Source of the DNA: Alphaproteobacteria bacterium
GTDB lineage: Bacteria; Pseudomonadota; Alphaproteobacteria; MPNO01; UBA830
Reading direction: 5' to 3'
DNA: 64,000 bases
NCBI GenBank assembly: GCA_965243135.1
Contig: OZ251539.1
Location: 5,216,001-5,280,000 of the forward strand
Part shown: piece by piece, positions 41,424 to 52,200 of the stretch
Layout: each line of letters opens with the position of its first letter
Position numbering within the stretch: the stretch's first letter is position 1
Made by a program: the position numbers and the translations under genes
Notes under the pieces: generated by a model
What the model was told of the DNA's origin: nothing
Database searches by the model: none
The model's input: only the letters and a program-made list of their open reading frames with translations

Positions 41424-42118
41424 TCGCCGGAGAAGGGATGACGGGCGGTTACGGCGGCGTCGACATCCTGCACGACTGCACCGTCAACGCCGAGCGGGGA
41501 GAGATCGTCGTAATCGTCGGTCCCAACGGAGCCGGCAAGTCCACGGCCATGAAGGCGCTGTTCGGCATGCTGCAGCTGCGCGCGGGCACGGTGCGCCTGG
41601 ACGGCGAGGACATCACCGCGCTCAGCCCGCAGGCGCGGGCGAGCAAGGGCATGGGATTCGTGCCGCAGACGCGGAACGTCTTCGCCGGGATGACGGTCGA
41701 GGAAAACCTCGAGATGGGCGCGTATCTGCGCGAGGACGACATTTCCGGGACGATGACGGAAGTGTTCGACCTGTTTCCGGCGCTGAAGGAAAGGCGGCGG
41801 CGACTGGCGGGCGAACTGTCCGGCGGGCAGCGCCAGCAGATCGCGGTGGCGCGGGCGCTGATGACCAGGCCGGCCGTGCTGATGCTGGACGAGCCGACGG
41901 CGGGCGTCGCGCCCATCGTCATGGACGAACTGTTCCAGCGGATTCTGGAGATCAGGGACACCGGCATCGCGGTTCTCATGGTCGAGCAGAACGCCGCCAA
42001 GGCGCTCGCGATCGCCGATCGGGGATACGTCCTCGTCACCGGCCGCAACCGGTTCGCGGACACCGGCGAAGCGCTCCTGGCGGATCCGAAGGTTCGCCGC
42101 TCGTTTCTCGGAGGCTGA
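41420..42118 (+). CDS. livF: LivF-like ABC ATPase
   Basis: GPNGAGKST, LSGGQRQ, LDEP and VEQN motifs. Confidence 0.9.
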   Translation: MIAGEGMTGGYGGVDILHDCTVNAERGEIVVIVGPNGAGKSTAMKALFGMLQLRAGTVRLDGEDITALSPQARASKGMGFVPQTRNVFAGMTVEENLEMGAYLREDDISGTMTEVFDLFPALKERRRRLAGELSGGQRQQIAVARALMTRPAVLMLDEPTAGVAPIVMDELFQRILEIRDTGIAVLMVEQNAAKALAIADRGYVLVTGRNRFADTGEALLADPKVRRSFLGG

Positions 42119-42121
42119 CCG

Positions 42122-43135
42122 GTGGAGGACGCGCTCAACGCCGCCGTCCTGTTGGCGAACTTCGTGATCGTGCCCGCACTGAGCTACGGTTCGCAACTCG
42201 CGCTCGGCGCCCTCGGGGTGACGCTGATCTTCGGGATCCTGCGTTTCGCGAACTTCGCGCACGGCGACATGATGGCGTTCGGAACCATGATCGTCGTACT
42301 CGCGACCTGGTGGCTGCAGGCGGCCGGCGTCGGCATCGCGCCCTTGCCGACGGCCCTGCTGGCGTTGCCGCTCGGCATCGCCGTCGCGGCCGCCGCCAGC
42401 CTGGCGGCGGACAGGTCCGTCTACCGCTTCTACCGGCGCAAGCGGAGCGCGCCGATGATCTTTCTCATCTGTTCGACCGGAGTGATGTTCGTGTTGAACG
42501 GCGTCGTTCGTTTCACGATCGGTCCGGACGACCGGTATTTTTCGGACGGGGCGCGATTCCTGATAAAGGCGCGGGAGTTCAAGAAGGCGACGGGACTCGA
42601 CGAGGGCCTTTCGATCAAGCTGTCGCAGGGGTTGACGGTCGCGGTGGCCGTCGCCGTCGTCGCGGCGCTGTTCTGGTTTCTGCAGAAATCGCGCGCGGGG
42701 AAGGCGATGCGCGCCTATTCCGACAACGAGGACCTCGCGCTGCTGTCCGGGATCAATCCCGAGCGCGTCGTGCTGTACGCCTGGCTGATCGCGTCGGCGC
42801 TCGCCACCGTGGCGGGAACGCTGTACGGCCTCGACAAGAGCTTCAAGCCGTTCACGTATTTCCAGTTGCTGCTGCCGATATTCGCGTCGGCGATTCTCGG
42901 CGGCATCGGGCAGCCGCTGGGCGCGATCGCGGGCGGCTTCGTCGTGGCGTTTTCCGAGGTCGGGATCACGTACGCCTACAAGAAGTTCCTGCGCTACCTG
43001 CTGCCCGAGGACTGGTGGCCCGACGGACTCGTTCAGTTGCTGTCCACGGACTACAAATTCGCGGTCTCGTTCGTCATCCTGGTGCTGGTGCTTCTGGTGC
43101 GGCCGACCGGGATATTCCGGGGGCGGGTCCTGTGA
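42122..43135 (+). CDS. livH: LivH-like permease
   Basis: LGVTLIFGILRFANFAHG, GKAMRA and RPTG motifs. Confidence 0.88.
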   Translation: MEDALNAAVLLANFVIVPALSYGSQLALGALGVTLIFGILRFANFAHGDMMAFGTMIVVLATWWLQAAGVGIAPLPTALLALPLGIAVAAAASLAADRSVYRFYRRKRSAPMIFLICSTGVMFVLNGVVRFTIGPDDRYFSDGARFLIKAREFKKATGLDEGLSIKLSQGLTVAVAVAVVAALFWFLQKSRAGKAMRAYSDNEDLALLSGINPERVVLYAWLIASALATVAGTLYGLDKSFKPFTYFQLLLPIFASAILGGIGQPLGAIAGGFVVAFSEVGITYAYKKFLRYLLPEDWWPDGLVQLLSTDYKFAVSFVILVLVLLVRPTGIFRGRVL

Positions 43136-44445
43136 CCGACTCTTCGAGGGTGCGGGCCGCGTTCGCCGTCGCCGCCGGGGTCCTGATCGCGGTCGGGTTC
43201 GGGCAGTCCTGGGTCGTCAGCCTGTCGATCCTCAACCTCTGCCTGATCTCCGCGATCATGGCGCTGGCGCTGAACATGCAGTGGGGCTACGCCGGGCTGC
43301 TGAACTTCGGGTTGACCGGCTTCGCGGCGCTGGGCGGGCTGGCCGGGGTGCTGGTCTCGAAAGCTCCGGTGGTCGAAGCCTGGGAAGCGGGAGGGTCGGG
43401 ACTCGCCTACACCGTTCTGGCGCTGGCGGGCGCCGTTGCGGTCGTAATCGCCGCGCGCCGCCTCATGCGTCCGGGGCGCTGGCGGGCGCTCGCGACGGCG
43501 GCCGCGGCGCTTGGGGGGTATTTCGCGGTCAGGTTCTTCTTCGATCCGGCGACGGAGGCGATCGAGGCCGTCGACAGCGTCCGGACCGGCTATCTCGGCG
43601 GCCTGGGGCTTCCGATCATCCTGTCCTGGGCGGTCGGGGGCGCGTTCGCGGCGGCCGCCGCCTGGGCGATCGGCAAGGTCGCGCTCGGGCTGCGGGCGGA
43701 TTATTTCGCGGTGGCGACGCTGGGGATTTCGGAAATCATCATCGCCATCGTCAAGAACGAGGAGTGGCTGGCGCGCGGGGTGAAGAACGTGACCGGGCTG
43801 AGTTCGCCGGCGCCGCGCGAGATCGATCTGCAGACCGGCGGCTGGTTTCCGGAGTTCGCGGCGTGGGCCGGCATGGATCCGGTCGCGGCGTCGAGCCTGT
43901 TCGTGAAGCTGTGCCATGCGGCCCTGTTCGCGGTGGTGCTGGTCGTTCTCGTGGCGCTGTGCGAGCGGGCTCTGAATTCGCCGTGGGGCCGGATGATGCG
44001 GGCGATCCGGGACGACGACGAGGCGGCGGAGGCGCTCGGCAAGGACGTCAAGCGGCGGCATCTGCAGATATTCGTGCTCGGCGCGGCGGTGGCGGGGCTC
44101 GCCGGGGCGATGCTGACGACGCTGGACGGGCAGTTCACGCCGGGCTCCTACAATCCGCTGCGTTTCACGTTCCTGATCTGGGTGATGGTGCTGGTCGGCG
44201 GGTCGGGCAACAACTGGGGCGCGGTGCTGGGCGGTTTTCTGGTGTGGTTCTTCTGGGTGGAGGCGGAGCCGGCGGGGTTGTGGCTGGTGGACGCGGCGAC
44301 GGCCTGGCTGGCGGACGACAGTCCGTTGCGCACCCATCTGATGAAGAGCGCTCCCCACATGCGGCTCGTCGTCATGGGACTGCTGCTGCTGGTGGTGATG
44401 CGTTTCAGCCCGCGCGGGCTGATCCCGGAGACGCTGCGGAGGTAA
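43132..44445 (+). CDS. livM: LivM-like permease
   Basis: LNMQWGYAGLLNFG, LRADY, SPWGR.MRAIRDDDEAA and VGGSGN motifs. Confidence 0.88.
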   Translation: MTDSSRVRAAFAVAAGVLIAVGFGQSWVVSLSILNLCLISAIMALALNMQWGYAGLLNFGLTGFAALGGLAGVLVSKAPVVEAWEAGGSGLAYTVLALAGAVAVVIAARRLMRPGRWRALATAAAALGGYFAVRFFFDPATEAIEAVDSVRTGYLGGLGLPIILSWAVGGAFAAAAAWAIGKVALGLRADYFAVATLGISEIIIAIVKNEEWLARGVKNVTGLSSPAPREIDLQTGGWFPEFAAWAGMDPVAASSLFVKLCHAALFAVVLVVLVALCERALNSPWGRMMRAIRDDDEAAEALGKDVKRRHLQIFVLGAAVAGLAGAMLTTLDGQFTPGSYNPLRFTFLIWVMVLVGGSGNNWGAVLGGFLVWFFWVEAEPAGLWLVDAATAWLADDSPLRTHLMKSAPHMRLVVMGLLLLVVMRFSPRGLIPETLRR

Positions 44446-44633
44446 GGGGCGACGGCTGTCGTTCTCCGATAAGGTCGAGGTTGTCACATCGAAAAGCAGA
44501 TCAGGCATCAAGGGGGTCGAGAACCTGTCGGTGACCGGGGTTAGCACCTTGATTGGCCAGCAAATTCATCCCGATGGCTTGCGTGACAGGGACTGCAGAT
44601 CACCTGAATCGCGCTTCAGGTTTGATGGGGGGA

Positions 44634-44755
44634 ACAATTCAGCCGCCGCCTGAGGGCGGCGGCTGAAAAGCCGGTGGATGACCTTGGGACACCGAGCCCG
44701 CACGAAGAGTCAATTTGCTACGAAAAGGAAATCGACCGCTTCTCGACTTGCTACA
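44634..44755 (-). ncRNA. tracrRNA
   Basis: Anti-repeat 44733-44755 matches 23 nt of the repeat with 4 differences, all of which give G:U pairs; followed by stem-loops and a terminator hairpin; divergent from cas9. Confidence 0.85.
44638..44667 (-). terminator. Terminator-like hairpin ending the tracrRNA
   Basis: Perfect 13-bp stem TTCAGCCGCCGCC-TGAG-GGCGGCGGCTGAA. Confidence 0.7.
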
Positions 44756-44789
44756 GAAAGGATGATAGCATCTTTTCTGGAGAATGCAA
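44743..44789. promoter_or_regulatory. Overlapping divergent promoters for tracrRNA and cas9
   Basis: Minus strand TTGCAT-16-TATCAT with TGn extension; plus strand TCGACT-17-TAGCAT with TGn extension. Confidence 0.5.
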
Positions 44790-44805
44790 CAGGGATTTTT
44801 GCAGA

Positions 44806-47800
44806 TTGTTGATTTTTGGCCTTGATATCGGGACCACCTCCGTCGGCTTCGCCGTCATCGACCACGATCCCGAGGCGGAGACGGGCAGGATCAAGCGTTT
44901 GGGCGTGCGCATCTTTCCCGAAACACGCGACCCGAAGGGCGGATCGCCGTTCAACCAAGAACGGCGGCAAGCGCGTCTGCGTAGGCGTCAACTGCGCCGC
45001 CGCCGCAAGCGTCTTCGGACTCTCCACGATATATTGCACGATGCCGGTCTGTTGCCTGTGCGCAGCTCGCACGAATGGCATGCGCTGATGAAAAGCGATC
45101 CTTATGACCTCCGGGCGCGTGCGGTCGAAGAGAAGCAGTTGAAGCCGTATGAGGTCGGACGAGCGCTTTACCATCTCGCCAAGCGCCGACATTTCAAGGG
45201 CAGGGACTTAGAAGAAGGCACCCCGGCGCCGAAGCAGCAGACGGACGCGGACGACGAAGAGAAGCAAGCGAGGATTGGTCGAGACGAGACGCTCGCCGCG
45301 TTGAAGGATGAAAGCCTGCATCTTGGGGCCTGGTTGGCGAAACGCGATCCACACAAAGAACGGCGGCGCGGCATCCACGCTACCCGCGAAACGGTAGAGG
45401 AAGAGTTCAACCGGATTTGCGAGAGACAAAGGGTGCTTGGGGCTTCAGCTTCCAAGGACCTGATCCGCGAAGCAATCTTTGTCCAGCGGCCCGTGTTCTG
45501 GCGGCTGAAAACGCTCGGCAGGTGCCGTTTTTTCCCCAATAAGGAGGAGTTGTGCCCGAAGGGCGCTTGGCTTTCGCAGCAACGACGGATGCTGGAGAAG
45601 TTGAACAATCTTGAGGTAGCGGGCGGAAACGCACGTCCGCTCGACGACGACGAGCGTCGAGCGATCCTTGATCGCCTTCAGACTCAGGCAGAGATGAGTT
45701 GGTCGGGCGCACGTAAGGCACTCGCACCTTTGTTCAGAGCTCGTGGCGAGCCGGGCGCGGAAAAACGCCTGAAATTCAACCTAGAAATCGGCGGTGACCG
45801 AAAGCTTCTCGGTAATGCGGTGGAGGCCAAGCTCGCAGATGTCTTCGATAACGATTGGCCTCAACATCCGTACAAACAGAACATCCGCAATGCAGTTTCC
45901 GAACGGCTCTGGCGAGCGGATTACAAGAAGGTCGGGAATCAACGGGTCGTTATCCGATCAGCGCGGGAGCGCAAAGAGAACCGAATACAAGCGGCTCGAA
46001 GTTTCGTCGACGATTTCGGCGTGACCGAAGAGCAGGCGGAAGCGCTCGCCGCCTTGAAACTGCCGACTGGTTGGGAGCCGTATTCGACCGAGGCACTACA
46101 AGCCGTATTACCCCATCTCGAAGCTGGCGTGCGGTTCGGAGCGCTCGTTAACGGGCCTCTTTGGGAAGATTGGCGTAACGAAACTTTCCCTGATCGAGCC
46201 CGTCCGACTGGAAAGACCGTGGATCGCCTGCCGAGTCCAGCAGATAGGGAAGAAGCTCGGCGAATCGCAGGGTTGCGTAATCCGACGGTGGTGCGCACAC
46301 AGAATGAACTTCGCAAGGTGATCAACAATCTCATCGACCTGTTCGGTAAACCGGATCTGATCTGCGTCGAAATGGCTCGCGAGGTCGGCAAGTCCAAACG
46401 TGAGCGCGAGGAGATGCAAGACCGGATCCGTACACAGGAGCGCCGTCGGAAGGCTGCACGGGAGGATTTGATCAAGAATGGAATATCCCAGCCTTCACGC
46501 GATGATGTCGAGAAGTGGATGCTCTGGGAGGAAAGCGGCAAGTGTTGTCCCTATACGGGCGATTTGATTTCCTTCGACGCTCTATTCACGGGTGAGTTTC
46601 AAGTAGAGCACATCAGGCCGCGCTCAAGGTCACTAGACGACAGCTTCGGCAACAAGACTTTATGCCGACGTGATGAAAACGTCAGGAAGGGCGATAGGAC
46701 TCCCTACGAATATCTTCACATGGACACCGACCGATGGGCGGCAATCAAGGAGCGTCTGGACAAGATGCAGGCGGTCAGGGCCGGAATGTCTCCTAGCAAG
46801 ATCAGGCGGTTCCTAGCCAAGGATTTACCGGACGACTTCGCTGCTCGTCAACTGAACGACACCGGCTATGCGGCGCGGCAAGCCGTTGCGTTTCTGGAGA
46901 GATTATGGCCCGATCTGGGGCCACACGCACCCGTAACCGTCCGGTCCGTATCTGGGCGCGTAACGGCGCAACTCCGCAGACTTTGGGGATTGAACAACAT
47001 TCTTGCCGAAGATGGCAAGAAGACTCGCGCCGATCATCGTCATCATGCCGTTGATGCACTAGCCATCGCGTGCGCTGGCGCGCATCCGGGCATGACGCAG
47101 AAACTGTCCCATTACTGGCAAGAAAAGGAATCCGGCGCGAAAGAACCATTGATGCCACCGCCTTGGAAATCGATCCGTGCCGACGCAACGAGAGCCGTTG
47201 CCGAAATTATTGTATCCCATCGCGTTCGCAAGAAGGTGTCTGGAGCACTCCATAAGGAGACGCAATACGGAGACACGGGCGAAACCGAAGGCATCTACCG
47301 ATTTTTCGTTACGCGCAAACCGGTCGAGGCTCTAAGCGGAAGAGAAATAGCGCAGATTCGGGATGAGAAAATACGTGAAATCGTACAGAAATGGGTTGAT
47401 GCACATGGAGGAGATCCTAAAAAGGCCTTTCCGCCATATCCGAAACGGAGTCGGAAAGGGCCGGAAATCCGTAAGGTCCGTCTGCGGAGAAAGCAGAAGA
47501 CGGATTTAATGGCAAAGATTACAGCCGGATATTACGATCTTGGAAAAAATCACCATATTGCGCTTTTCCACCTTCCCAACGGCAAGACGACATTCGAAGT
47601 TGTAAGTTTGTTTGAGGCGGCGCGGCGCTTGGCTCGAGGGGAACCGGTGGTGCAGCGCGACCGTGATGACGGTGCGAAGTTCGTTATGTCTTTATCTCAA
47701 AATGATGCCCTACAATTCCCAGGCACCGAAACTTCAATAAAGATAGTCGAGAGTTTATGGTCCAGTGGCCAAGTCGTCATGGTCGACCATACGGACGCGG

Positions 47801-47901
47801 TTGGTTATCCAGAGCGGCCAACCGCAAATACTATTTTGACAAAGGGTGCGAAGAAGATTTCTATCGATCCAATTGGTCGGATACGCCCGGCGAACGATTG
47901 A
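44806..47901 (+). CDS. cas9: Type II-C Cas9, about 1031 aa (TTG start inferred)
   Basis: RuvC-I FGLDIG, Arg-rich bridge helix, RuvC-II VEMARE, HNH VEHIRP...NK...N, RuvC-III HHAVDAL. Confidence 0.97.
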   Translation: MLIFGLDIGTTSVGFAVIDHDPEAETGRIKRLGVRIFPETRDPKGGSPFNQERRQARLRRRQLRRRRKRLRTLHDILHDAGLLPVRSSHEWHALMKSDPYDLRARAVEEKQLKPYEVGRALYHLAKRRHFKGRDLEEGTPAPKQQTDADDEEKQARIGRDETLAALKDESLHLGAWLAKRDPHKERRRGIHATRETVEEEFNRICERQRVLGASASKDLIREAIFVQRPVFWRLKTLGRCRFFPNKEELCPKGAWLSQQRRMLEKLNNLEVAGGNARPLDDDERRAILDRLQTQAEMSWSGARKALAPLFRARGEPGAEKRLKFNLEIGGDRKLLGNAVEAKLADVFDNDWPQHPYKQNIRNAVSERLWRADYKKVGNQRVVIRSARERKENRIQAARSFVDDFGVTEEQAEALAALKLPTGWEPYSTEALQAVLPHLEAGVRFGALVNGPLWEDWRNETFPDRARPTGKTVDRLPSPADREEARRIAGLRNPTVVRTQNELRKVINNLIDLFGKPDLICVEMAREVGKSKREREEMQDRIRTQERRRKAAREDLIKNGISQPSRDDVEKWMLWEESGKCCPYTGDLISFDALFTGEFQVEHIRPRSRSLDDSFGNKTLCRRDENVRKGDRTPYEYLHMDTDRWAAIKERLDKMQAVRAGMSPSKIRRFLAKDLPDDFAARQLNDTGYAARQAVAFLERLWPDLGPHAPVTVRSVSGRVTAQLRRLWGLNNILAEDGKKTRADHRHHAVDALAIACAGAHPGMTQKLSHYWQEKESGAKEPLMPPPWKSIRADATRAVAEIIVSHRVRKKVSGALHKETQYGDTGETEGIYRFFVTRKPVEALSGREIAQIRDEKIREIVQKWVDAHGGDPKKAFPPYPKRSRKGPEIRKVRLRRKQKTDLMAKITAGYYDLGKNHHIALFHLPNGKTTFEVVSLFEAARRLARGEPVVQRDRDDGAKFVMSLSQNDALQFPGTETSIKIVESLWSSGQVVMVDHTDAVGYPERPTANTILTKGAKKISIDPIGRIRPAND

Positions 47902-47913
47902 ACCGACCGAACG

Positions 47914-48843
47914 ATGATCCGCAAAACGGTCGAGTTTTCGACGCCGGGTACGCGCCTTTCGGTCTCGCATCGTCAACTTGTTGTGGAACGCCCCGATTTG
48001 CCCAAGGCAACGTTACCGATCGAGGATTTAGGTGTAGTGATCTTGGACGATGTTCGTGCGACCTATACACAAGCAGTCTTTCTGGAACTTCTACAGGGGG
48101 GCGCTACGGTGATGGTAACCGGTCGCGACCATCTCCCTGTCGGATTGATGCTCCCGCTCGACGCACACCATGTCCAGACTGAACGGCACCGCGCCCAGAT
48201 CGAAACCAGCGAACCCGTCCGCAAACGGGCATGGCAGGCGATCGTGCGCGCCAAGATCAACCAGCAAGCGGCGGTACTGTCCCACTTCACAGGCTCTCAC
48301 GGAGGTCTTGTACCCATGATCCGGCGTGTGCGCTCGGGCGATCCGGAGAATCTTGAGGCCCAAGCGGCGCAACGCTATTGGCCACGCCTTTTCGGTAGGT
48401 CATTCCGTCGCGACCGCGAGGCCGATGGCGTGAATGCGCTGTTGAACTACGGCTACGCCGTGGTGCGAGCTGCCGCGGCTCGCGCGATTGTCGCTTCGGG
48501 CTTGATCCCGTCGCTCGGCGTTCATCACAGACATCGAGGCAACCCGTTCTGTCTGGCCGACGACCTAGTGGAACCCTATCGTCCTTACGTCGATTGGCGA
48601 GTAAGATCGTTGGCAGACGCAGACGGCGATTTCGTACCCGACCTCTCCGAACGTTCGACACGCGCCGCTTTGCTATCGCTGCTCAACGAAACGGTTTGCG
48701 TCGCTGAACGCCGCGAGCCTCTACTGCTGGCTTTGCACGCAAGCGCGGCCTCACTCTGCCGTGCGTTGACAGGTGGCGACAAGACGCTGTCGCTCCCTGA
48801 AGGCTTACCTCTGGAGCTAGAACCGGCGGAGGCCGGCGAATGA
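47914..48843 (+). CDS. cas1: Type II Cas1
   Basis: SGDPENLEAQAAQRYW, NALLNYGYAVVR and NPFCLADDLVEPYRP motifs. Confidence 0.96.
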   Translation: MIRKTVEFSTPGTRLSVSHRQLVVERPDLPKATLPIEDLGVVILDDVRATYTQAVFLELLQGGATVMVTGRDHLPVGLMLPLDAHHVQTERHRAQIETSEPVRKRAWQAIVRAKINQQAAVLSHFTGSHGGLVPMIRRVRSGDPENLEAQAAQRYWPRLFGRSFRRDREADGVNALLNYGYAVVRAAAARAIVASGLIPSLGVHHRHRGNPFCLADDLVEPYRPYVDWRVRSLADADGDFVPDLSERSTRAALLSLLNETVCVAERREPLLLALHASAASLCRALTGGDKTLSLPEGLPLELEPAEAGE

Positions 48844-49193
48844 CTTGTCAGCGTGGTCTCCTGCAGTTTCCATGGGGGTGGCGTTCCATGTGGGTCATTG
48901 CGATGTTCGATCTGCCCTCCGATACGCCAATGGCACGTAGGGCCTACGCTCGGTTTCGCAAGGACCTGCTTAGCGACGGCTTCACGATGATGCAGTATTC
49001 TGTCTATATTCGTCACTGTGCCTCCATCGAGAATGCCAAGGTTCATGCAGAGCGGATGGGAAAGCGGGTGCCATCGTTGGGAGAAGTACGGTTGTTGACC
49101 ATAACCGACAAACAGTTCGGCCGCATTGAGGTATATTCTGGAAAGAGTCGCCAGACGCCCTCGAATCCGCCCGCCCAGTTGGAGTTCTTTTGA
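48840..49193 (+). CDS. cas2: Cas2 (alternative start 48888)
   Basis: MFDLP, FRKDLLSDGFTMMQYSVY and ITDKQF motifs. Confidence 0.95.
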   Translation: MTCQRGLLQFPWGWRSMWVIAMFDLPSDTPMARRAYARFRKDLLSDGFTMMQYSVYIRHCASIENAKVHAERMGKRVPSLGEVRLLTITDKQFGRIEVYSGKSRQTPSNPPAQLEFF

Positions 49194-49242
49194 CCAAAGG
49201 GCGGGCGAAAAACGTTTTTTTTCAACCCCTTAGTACAGGGGT

Positions 49243-52200
49243 AGTGTAGCAAATCAAGAAACGGCCGCAATCCGCATCCGGCGTCGGATCGGTCCCGTGC
49301 CCGATAGTGTAGCAAATCAAGAAACGGCCGCAATCCGCAGCCGGCCGTGCGGTACTGGCGCGCCTCGCCGCAGTGTAGCAAATCAAGAAACGGCCGCAAT
49401 CCGCAGCTGTCCAATCATATCCTGCGATCCGTGGCGCAGTGTAGCAAATCAAGAAACGGCCGCAATCCGCAGCACAACGGGCCTGGAACGGATCGCCGAC
49501 CGGAGTGTAGCAAATCAAGAAACGGCCGCAATCCGCAGCCGGCCGCCAGCCTCACGGGCGATTAGGCCGAGTGTAGCAAATCAAGAAACGGCCGCAATCC
49601 GCAGCCGCCATCCCGCGTTGTGGAGCGTGAAAGTCAGTGTAGCAAATCAAGAAACGGCCGCAATCCGCAGCCATCAAGCGATATGTCTGCACGCCCGCGG
49701 CAGTGTAGCAAATCAAGAAACGGCCGCAATCCGCAGCATCGACAAGCGGTATCACGCCCGGCAGACCAGTGTAGCAAATCAAGAAACGGCCGCAATCCGC
49801 AGCGGCCCGCGCATGTTCCACGATCAGGATCGAGTGTAGCAAATCAAGAAACGGCCGCAATCCGCAGCGCACGCCCGCGGCGGCCGCGGCCGTGAGAAAG
49901 TGTAGCAAATCAAGAAACGGCCGCAATCCGCAGCGATTGCGAATATGACCATAGCGGCCGCCAGAGTGTAGCAAATCAAGAAACGGCCGCAATCCGCAGC
50001 GGATTGCTTCTTACCTTTCGCAGTATCGGCAGTGTAGCAAATCAAGAAACGGCCGCAATCCGCAGCGCGACGATACGCGCCATCCATCAATTCAAGAGTG
50101 TAGCAAATCAAGAAACGGCCGCAATCCGCAGCTATCCTTGAGCGCGAGGCTCGCGATCCGCCAGTGTAGCAAATCAAGAAACGGCCGCAATCCGCAGCCG
50201 GGCGGGCGACGACAGCTACGATCCGTTGAGTGTAGCAAATCAAGAAACGGCCGCAATCCGCAGCCGTTATACCTACGACCTTTCCAACATGATCAGTGTA
50301 GCAAATCAAGAAACGGCCGCAATCCGCAGCATCGCCATGGACGCCGAGACGAAAGCCGCAAGTGTAGCAAATCAAGAAACGGCCGCAATCCGCAGCCTTT
50401 CTTGAGCCCGGCCGGCGCGGTCGTCAAGTGTAGCAAATCAAGAAACGGCCGCAATCCGCAGCTCCAGCGCGTCGAGGTCGTTGCTAACGTCGAGTGTAGC
50501 AAATCAAGAAACGGCCGCAATCCGCAGCTAGGGATCGTCGGACGGCGCGGCCCGCACCAGTGTAGCAAATCAAGAAACGGCCGCAATCCGCAGCCGGTCG
50601 AAGCGCCTCGTCTGCATCATTTGCAGTGTAGCAAATCAAGAAACGGCCGCAATCCGCAGCTTCAAGCTCAAGCCGTTCGATTTCGTGAACAGTGTAGCAA
50701 ATCAAGAAACGGCCGCAATCCGCAGCCGCAAACCGTTACGAGTCTTGCGTCGGGCGAGTGTAGCAAATCAAGAAACGGCCGCAATCCGCAGCCGCAAACC
50801 GTTACGAGTCTTGCGTCGGGCGAGTGTAGCAAATCAAGAAACGGCCGCAATCCGCAGCTCGACGGCCGGCGATACTGGAGGACAGCCGAGTGTAGCAAAT
50901 CAAGAAACGGCCGCAATCCGCAGCGATATGGCGTTTGCGCTGTCTGATAGCAAAAGTGTAGCAAATCAAGAAACGGCCGCAATCCGCAGCATTGATTTCC
51001 ACGCATTGCCAACTGCTCTGAGTGTAGCAAATCAAGAAACGGCCGCAATCCGCAGCATACGGCGGGTGAACTCATTGACGCGCTGAAGTGTAGCAAATCA
51101 AGAAACGGCCGCAATCCGCAGCTGTTACTCCCTCGCGGTTCGCCCTCCCCGAAGTGTAGCAAATCAAGAAACGGCCGCAATCCGCAGCCGTCAGGCGCCA
51201 CGGGAGATTCCGGATTCTAGTGTAGCAAATCAAGAAACGGCCGCAATCCGCAGCGCATCGTCGCCGCGTTGTTCGGGATCGTCGAGTGTAGCAAATCAAG
51301 AAACGGCCGCAATCCGCAGCATGGGAACGCCGGGGATGCTGATCGGGTATAGTGTAGCAAATCAAGAAACGGCCGCAATCCGCAGCTGGTCTCCCCTAGG
51401 CCAGCCACGGGACCACAGTGTAGCAAATCAAGAAACGGCCGCAATCCGCAGCAGGACGGCGACCGGACAGGCGACCAGGACGAGTGTAGCAAATCAAGAA
51501 ACGGCCGCAATCCGCAGCTGGGCCGGCGGCGACCCGTTCCTCATGGAGAGTGTAGCAAATCAAGAAACGGCCGCAATCCGCAGCAAGGTAAGGGTTTGTC
51601 GGCAGACAAGATTCAGTGTAGCAAATCAAGAAACGGCCGCAATCCGCAGCTATCCATACAATGGAAGGCTTCTATGACAAAGTGTAGCAAATCAAGAAAC
51701 GGCCGCAATCCGCAGCGGGGAGATCCCAATATCGTATGTATCTCTCAGTGTAGCAAATCAAGAAACGGCCGCAATCCGCAGCTTCGTGCCGAAAGGGGTT
51801 TTCGTAGGCCAGAGTGTAGCAAATCAAGAAACGGCCGCAATCCGCAGCCCTCTAGTCTCACGGTGAAAACGGGATCCCAGTGTAGCAAATCAAGAAACGG
51901 CCGCAATCCGCAGCATGCGTTCGTCGGCGACCGTCTGCCGGTGAAGTGTAGCAAATCAAGAAACGGCCGCAATCCGCAGCCTCGAACGTGTGCTCATCTT
52001 CGCTCGACGGAGTGTAGCAAATCAAGAAACGGCCGCAATCCGCAGCTCTCATGCGCGAGCATCCCGACGCCGCCGAAGTGTAGCAAATCAAGAAACGGCC
52101 GCAATCCGCAGCGTTAATGCGAGATTTGCAATCATTCCTTCAAGTGTAGCAAATCAAGAAACGGCCGCAATCCGCAGCCTGGTATGCGCCGAAAAGGATT

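Noticed and set aside
44674-44805. N-terminal extension of Cas9 in the ORF track
   Set aside because: Overlaps the tracrRNA and promoters; RuvC-I normally lies within a few residues of the start
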